Assembly (NCBI GenBank): GCA_052033505.1
Contig: JBPOJN010000014.1
Coordinates: forward strand, 5,599 to 69,598
Direction of reading: 5' to 3'
Source of the DNA: Myxococcota bacterium
GTDB taxonomy: Bacteria > UBA10199 > JACPAL01 > GCA-016699445
Length of the DNA: 64,000 nt
Shown: in pieces, positions 59,838 to 64,000 of the stretch
How the letters are laid out: every line of letters starts with the position of its first letter
Position numbering within the stretch: the stretch's first letter is position 1
Translations under genes and position numbers: made by a program
Notes under the pieces: model-generated
Told to the model about the DNA's origin: nothing
Databases searched by the model: none
Seen by the model: the letters and a program-made list of their open reading frames with translations, nothing else

Positions 59838-61658
59838 TTAAGCGCTGGGACGGAGTGGAAGCACGTTTTTATTTACGGGAATATCTTTCAGGGACGAATG
59901 GATGAATTCCGGTACCAAATTTTTAATCATGCGCAGGAGGCCTTCTTTATTCGAGGCTTGAGCGAGCTTCAGGAGCTGATCGATTTGTAGGTTCAGTTGA
60001 TGCCAATCGACATGAGTGGCCCGCCCGATCGTGATGTTTTCGTATTGGGTCTTTTTCTCCGCCTCGTCGATGAGGAGCTCTTCATAGAGCTTTTCACCGG
60101 GACGCAGCCCCGTAAATTCGATGCGGATGTCCCGATAGGGTTCGCGCCCGGACAGAAAAATCAAATCTTCGGCCATTTCGGAGATACGTACGGGTTTGCC
60201 CATGTTGAGGATGAAGATCTCGCTGCCGTTCCCTAAACTTGCGGCCTGCAGAACGAGTTGGACGGCTTCGCTGATGAGCATGAAATAACGCGTCACTTCC
60301 GGATGCGTGACCGTGACCGGTCCGCCTTTATTGATTTGGTCAATAAATTTGGGGATTACGCTCCCCGAGCTGCCCAGGACATTCCCGAAACGGACGGCGA
60401 CGAATTCTGTTTTGCTCTTAGAGTTCAGGTTTTGGATGTAGATCTCGGCGATTCTTTTGCTGGCGCCCATGACGTTCGTCGGCCGCACGGCCTTATCGGT
60501 GGAGATCAAAATGAATTTTTCGACCCCATATTTCTGCGCGGCTTGAGCCACGTTGATCGTGCCCTGAACGTTATTGGTGATGCCCTCGAAGGGATTCTCT
60601 TCGACGATGGGTACGTGTTTGTAGGCCGCCGCGTGAAAGACGATAGAAGGTTTTTCTTCGGCCAGGAGTTTTTCCAATTGTTCCCTGTCCAGCACATTCA
60701 CCAGGCAGAATCTCATCGATACTTGGCGTGAAGCGAGCTCTTCTTGCAGAGAGTAGAGATTGAACTCGGAGTGATCGATCAAAATGAGCTTCGAGATTCC
60801 GTACTCGATGCATTGCCTGGAAAGCTCGGATCCGATGGATCCGCCCGCTCCCGTGATCAGGATCGTTTTGTTTTGGAGGAAGCGGTGGATCCGGGGTTTG
60901 TCGAGGTCTTTGGGTTCCCGGCGGAGCAGGTCGGAGATGTCGATATTCTTGATATTGACGTCCGTTTTGATCAATCCCGGCAGCGTCGGGACGATGCGGC
61001 AAAAGACTCCATTGCGGCGGCATTCATGCGTGATTTCCCGGGCTTTTTCGCCGGGCAGGGAGGCGATGGCGATGATCAGCTCCGAGATCCTATTTTTGGC
61101 CAAGATGGCGCTTAATCGGGAGATACCCCCAAAAACGGGCAGGTTATGGATTCTCTTGCCGATCTTTGCACGGTCATCGTCGACAAAGCCGATCAGCTTA
61201 TAAACGTTGTTTGCAGAGAGAAATTGCCGTGCGACATTTTCTCCTAACTCTCCGGCCCCATAGATAATGAGGCGTTTGGTACCATGGGCTTTTCGTGATT
61301 CGACGATGTAACGCGGGAAAAACCGTATCATGCCCGCGGCGAAGGTAGTGATGAGGTAATCAGTAACAAAGAAACCAGAAGATAATCCACGCTGTGTCGT
61401 GGTGGCGACAAAAGCAAAACAAAAAAGCGCTGAGAAAGCGGTGGCTTTAATAACAGTTGTAGCTAACGGGAAGCTCGAAAACCGGAGGACGGCATTGTAA
61501 AGTCTTAGTCTTATGAAAAAAAACAATTTGACCAATACAAAAAGTGAACAAAAAAGCCACAGAGAGGTTGGGTTCCATCCGTACCAGTGCGAACAGAGGA
61601 AAAAAGACAGCCCAAAGCACAATGTGTCTGTCGCCAAAAGCAGTCCGCGCATCTTCAC
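59838..61658 (-). CDS. Membrane-bound nucleotide-sugar 4,6-dehydratase (CapD/WbpM/PglF family)
   Basis: N-terminal TMs, TGAGGSIGSE, HAAAYKHVP, STDKAVRPTNVMGASK, RFGNVLGSSGSV. Confidence 0.93.
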   Translation of the reverse strand: MKMRGLLLATDTLCFGLSFFLCSHWYGWNPTSLWLFCSLFVLVKLFFFIRLRLYNAVLRFSSFPLATTVIKATAFSALFCFAFVATTTQRGLSSGFFVTDYLITTFAAGMIRFFPRYIVESRKAHGTKRLIIYGAGELGENVARQFLSANNVYKLIGFVDDDRAKIGKRIHNLPVFGGISRLSAILAKNRISELIIAIASLPGEKAREITHECRRNGVFCRIVPTLPGLIKTDVNIKNIDISDLLRREPKDLDKPRIHRFLQNKTILITGAGGSIGSELSRQCIEYGISKLILIDHSEFNLYSLQEELASRQVSMRFCLVNVLDREQLEKLLAEEKPSIVFHAAAYKHVPIVEENPFEGITNNVQGTINVAQAAQKYGVEKFILISTDKAVRPTNVMGASKRIAEIYIQNLNSKSKTEFVAVRFGNVLGSSGSVIPKFIDQINKGGPVTVTHPEVTRYFMLISEAVQLVLQAASLGNGSEIFILNMGKPVRISEMAEDLIFLSGREPYRDIRIEFTGLRPGEKLYEELLIDEAEKKTQYENITIGRATHVDWHQLNLQIDQLLKLAQASNKEGLLRMIKNLVPEFIHSSLKDIPVNKNVLPLRPSA

Positions 61659-62758
61659 AAGACTAAACCTCTCTTCGATTTCCTCTCAAAAAGCGATATC
61701 ACGGTGGCGAGTGACACATAAATGAGGGCCCACGACAAGAGTAAAACGAGTTTTCCTAAGGAGCTGAGTTTGGAATAAATGAGGGCGCTCGATCCACATG
61801 TAATCATCAAGACGTATTCCGCCATTACTGTTTTACGGTGTCCCCACCCATATAAAACCAATCTTTGATAGTAATGCTCCCGGTGCGCCGTCCAAAATTT
61901 TTGTCCCCTTAGGAGACGTTTCATCAGAGTCACCGTCGCGTCCACGATGAAAGGAGAAAAAATGAGAATAGGGCTCCAAAGATCAAACTTATGCTGGTTC
62001 GAAACCCCCATGACGGTCATGCCCCCGATCAAAAATCCGAGGGACGCACTGCCTACATCTCCCATGAAAATTTTTGCGGGAGGAAAATTGGAAACAAGAA
62101 ATCCTCCTGCCGCGGCCGCGATAAGGATCGAAAAGCCACATAAAATCATTGCTCCGTGATCCCACGCCAGAAGAGATAAGGAACAGCAACCCAAGACCGT
62201 CATGCCCCCAGCGAACCCGTCCATGCCATCCATGAAGTTATAAAGGTTGGTCATCCAGACCAAGAACAGAAGGGTAAAGAGGCCGGAGGCTTTTCCGAGA
62301 GGAAAGGTACCTAGGAGAGGAATCTTCAAGACATCGATTGTTGAGGATGTCACCGACATAAAAAGTGATGCAAGCAGGAATTGAATGATGAGTCGTAAAG
62401 TCGGCGTGAGACGGTGCCGGTCGTCCCAAAAAGAAAGCCCCGCCAGAAGACCCGTAAACAAGAGCAGCCAGAAAAGCGGTTTTAGTTCACGGGCCATTAG
62501 AGGAAAAAAAAACGATGGTTCGCCTTTGGTGAATAAGAACCCCGCCAAGACTGATAGCAGGACGCATGAAACGGATCCTGCTAAAATACCACCCAATATC
62601 CCAAGACCTCCCGTACGCGGGGTAGGCCTGGAGTGCAAAGAGCGTTCATTCGGATGGTCTAAGAACCCGAGGAGTGTTGTGGGGGAGCAAAAATATTTCG
62701 TCAGTAAAAAAGAGGTCAGGAAAGTAGAGAGGAGACTGAAAAAAAAGATCAGAGTCAT
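61655..62758 (-). CDS. Polyprenyl-phosphate sugar-1-phosphate transferase (WecA/WbpL, MraY family)
   Basis: RSLHSRPTPRTGG, FWDD, NLYNFMDGMDG, IFMGDVGS, HREHYYQRL. Confidence 0.92.
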   Translation of the reverse strand: MTLIFFFSLLSTFLTSFLLTKYFCSPTTLLGFLDHPNERSLHSRPTPRTGGLGILGGILAGSVSCVLLSVLAGFLFTKGEPSFFFPLMARELKPLFWLLLFTGLLAGLSFWDDRHRLTPTLRLIIQFLLASLFMSVTSSTIDVLKIPLLGTFPLGKASGLFTLLFLVWMTNLYNFMDGMDGFAGGMTVLGCCSLSLLAWDHGAMILCGFSILIAAAAGGFLVSNFPPAKIFMGDVGSASLGFLIGGMTVMGVSNQHKFDLWSPILIFSPFIVDATVTLMKRLLRGQKFWTAHREHYYQRLVLYGWGHRKTVMAEYVLMITCGSSALIYSKLSSLGKLVLLLSWALIYVSLATVISLFERKSKRGLVL

Positions 62759-63723
62759 TTTTTAAACCATCGATCAGCGAGAAATTTAGCAGCCGTTTTT
62801 TTGAGGGCTTCGTCGACCCTTACGGATGGTCTCCATGCTAATAATTTTTCTGTTTTGCTTATATCTATCTGTAACGAATCGCACAAACGTCTCGCGAAAT
62901 TCGCTCTTCCCGTCAAGCGTGCCGCCATTCGCACGGCTGAAATGGGTACTGGAATTAAGCGAGCCGTCCTGCCCAGCGCTGCCGCTGTACGGCGCAACAA
63001 GTCCGTGGTTGAGAGGTCCTCTCCGTCGCTGACTAAAAAAACTTGGTTGGCCGCTCTGGGATGATCTAAGCATGTCATAATCAAATCTACTAAGTTGTCT
63101 AGGGCCACCAGGCTGCGCCGATTAGGAATGGCTCCCAAAGGGAGGGGGAGGCCTAGCGACAGCCAGTTCATCATAGAATAGAAATTAGCCTTTACCCCGG
63201 GGCCATAAACCAGAGGGGGGCGGATGATTGTGATTTGCATTCCTGTTTCCGAACCGATTCTTTTTAAACCCATTTCTGCTTCAAGTTTACTCAAGCCGTA
63301 TGCATCGATGGGAGCTTCGAGGCTCTCAGCGGTGAAAGGATGGGCCGGAATCGTTGCTTCGCCGTTGACTTTGATTGAGCTTAAAAAAATAAAGCGCTTT
63401 ATCCCGGCTCCAGCCGCCTGTCTTGCCAAGCGCAACGTTCCATCGACGTTGACCCGGCGGAATTCTGAGAGTGGGTTTTTTGAAGCATCTTTCATGACGT
63501 GAACCCGTGCAGCGAGATGTACTACAACGTCCATGTCCTTTAAGGCTTCTGTCCAATCCATTTCAGGAGACAAGTCTCCCACCGCGGTTTGTTCCACAAT
63601 GGAGAGTGTATCCGAGAGAGGAGATCTGACCGCGCAGCGCACGCGCCATGTACTTTTCATGGAAGTTTTTTTCAAAACCTCTCTGCCTATAAAGCCTGAG
63701 GCGCCTGTGATCAATAAACGCAT
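62755..63723 (-). CDS. NAD-dependent nucleotide-sugar epimerase (WbpK/WbpV-like)
   Basis: TGASGFIG, HLAARVH, SSIKVNGE, YGLSK, RPPLVYG. Confidence 0.92.
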   Translation of the reverse strand: MRLLITGASGFIGREVLKKTSMKSTWRVRCAVRSPLSDTLSIVEQTAVGDLSPEMDWTEALKDMDVVVHLAARVHVMKDASKNPLSEFRRVNVDGTLRLARQAAGAGIKRFIFLSSIKVNGEATIPAHPFTAESLEAPIDAYGLSKLEAEMGLKRIGSETGMQITIIRPPLVYGPGVKANFYSMMNWLSLGLPLPLGAIPNRRSLVALDNLVDLIMTCLDHPRAANQVFLVSDGEDLSTTDLLRRTAAALGRTARLIPVPISAVRMAARLTGRANFARRLCDSLQIDISKTEKLLAWRPSVRVDEALKKTAAKFLADRWFKK

Positions 63724-63730
63724 GGAATCC

Positions 63731-64000
63731 TCATATAGGAGAACTTTTTGAAAGCAGGATGCGATAGAAACCGGTAAAAGCTTGAGTCACCCGAGTTTCC
63801 GAAAAACGCTCGCTCGCTCTCACCTGGGCAGCTTGACCCATGCGATCGCGGAGAGTTTGGTCGGAGGCAAGACGCAGCATGGAGTCAGTGATTTCCTGAT
63901 AGGATCCGGGAGCGTGAAGAATGCCGGTAACGTTTTCCTCTACTGCGTCGGTAATCCCATAAATGCGGGACGCGACCGCCGGCAAGCCTGCTGCCGCAGC
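63731..64000 (-). CDS. GT-B (family 4) glycosyltransferase, C-terminal part (cut by window edge)
   Basis: GLPAVASRIYGITDAVEENVTGIL...MGQAA...RFS. Confidence 0.85.
   Translation of the reverse strand, partial: AAAAGLPAVASRIYGITDAVEENVTGILHAPGSYQEITDSMLRLASDQTLRDRMGQAAQVRASERFSETRVTQAFTGFYRILLSKSSPI

Noticed and set aside
58414-64000. Lower-GC polysaccharide gene block as a novel system
   Set aside because: Ordinary O-antigen/capsule gene set (GT, epimerase, WecA-like, CapD-like, ManC).

Overview
Bacterial window of deltaproteobacterial character (Myxococcota/UBA10199/Bdellovibrionota-like; inferred from gene content only). Housekeeping genes (ccp, gltBD, rpmF, rpiB, corA, pabB/pabC, tkt, yccA, and an LPS/O-antigen block with manC, capD-like, wecA-like and epimerase genes) are interleaved with many lineage-specific orphans, large secreted Cys/Asp-rich surface proteins, two VapBC modules and an IS30. 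Main unexpected signals: (1) a recurring promoter-like motif, (G/A)CAACTTT-N11-(G)CCGA(T/A)(A/G)A, with sigma28/FliA geometry but a different -35 box. It sits upstream of about 12 genes, mostly orphans, four of them apparently leaderless. (2) A divergent fatty-acid/lipid synthesis operon under that motif: FabD with an extension, two FabY-like ketosynthases, a FabV-MaoC dehydratase fusion and an atypical acyltransferase. The canonical plsX-fab-acpP block is missing from between rpmF and rpiB. (3) A short TM-less C-terminal GGCSL tail on three secreted proteins, next to two full MYXO-CTERM-like tails. (4) An orphan fused to an RNA polymerase alpha-CTD-like domain. (5) An island bounded by a diverged duplicate of the tkt 3' end. 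All calls come from reading motifs by eye; no database search was run.
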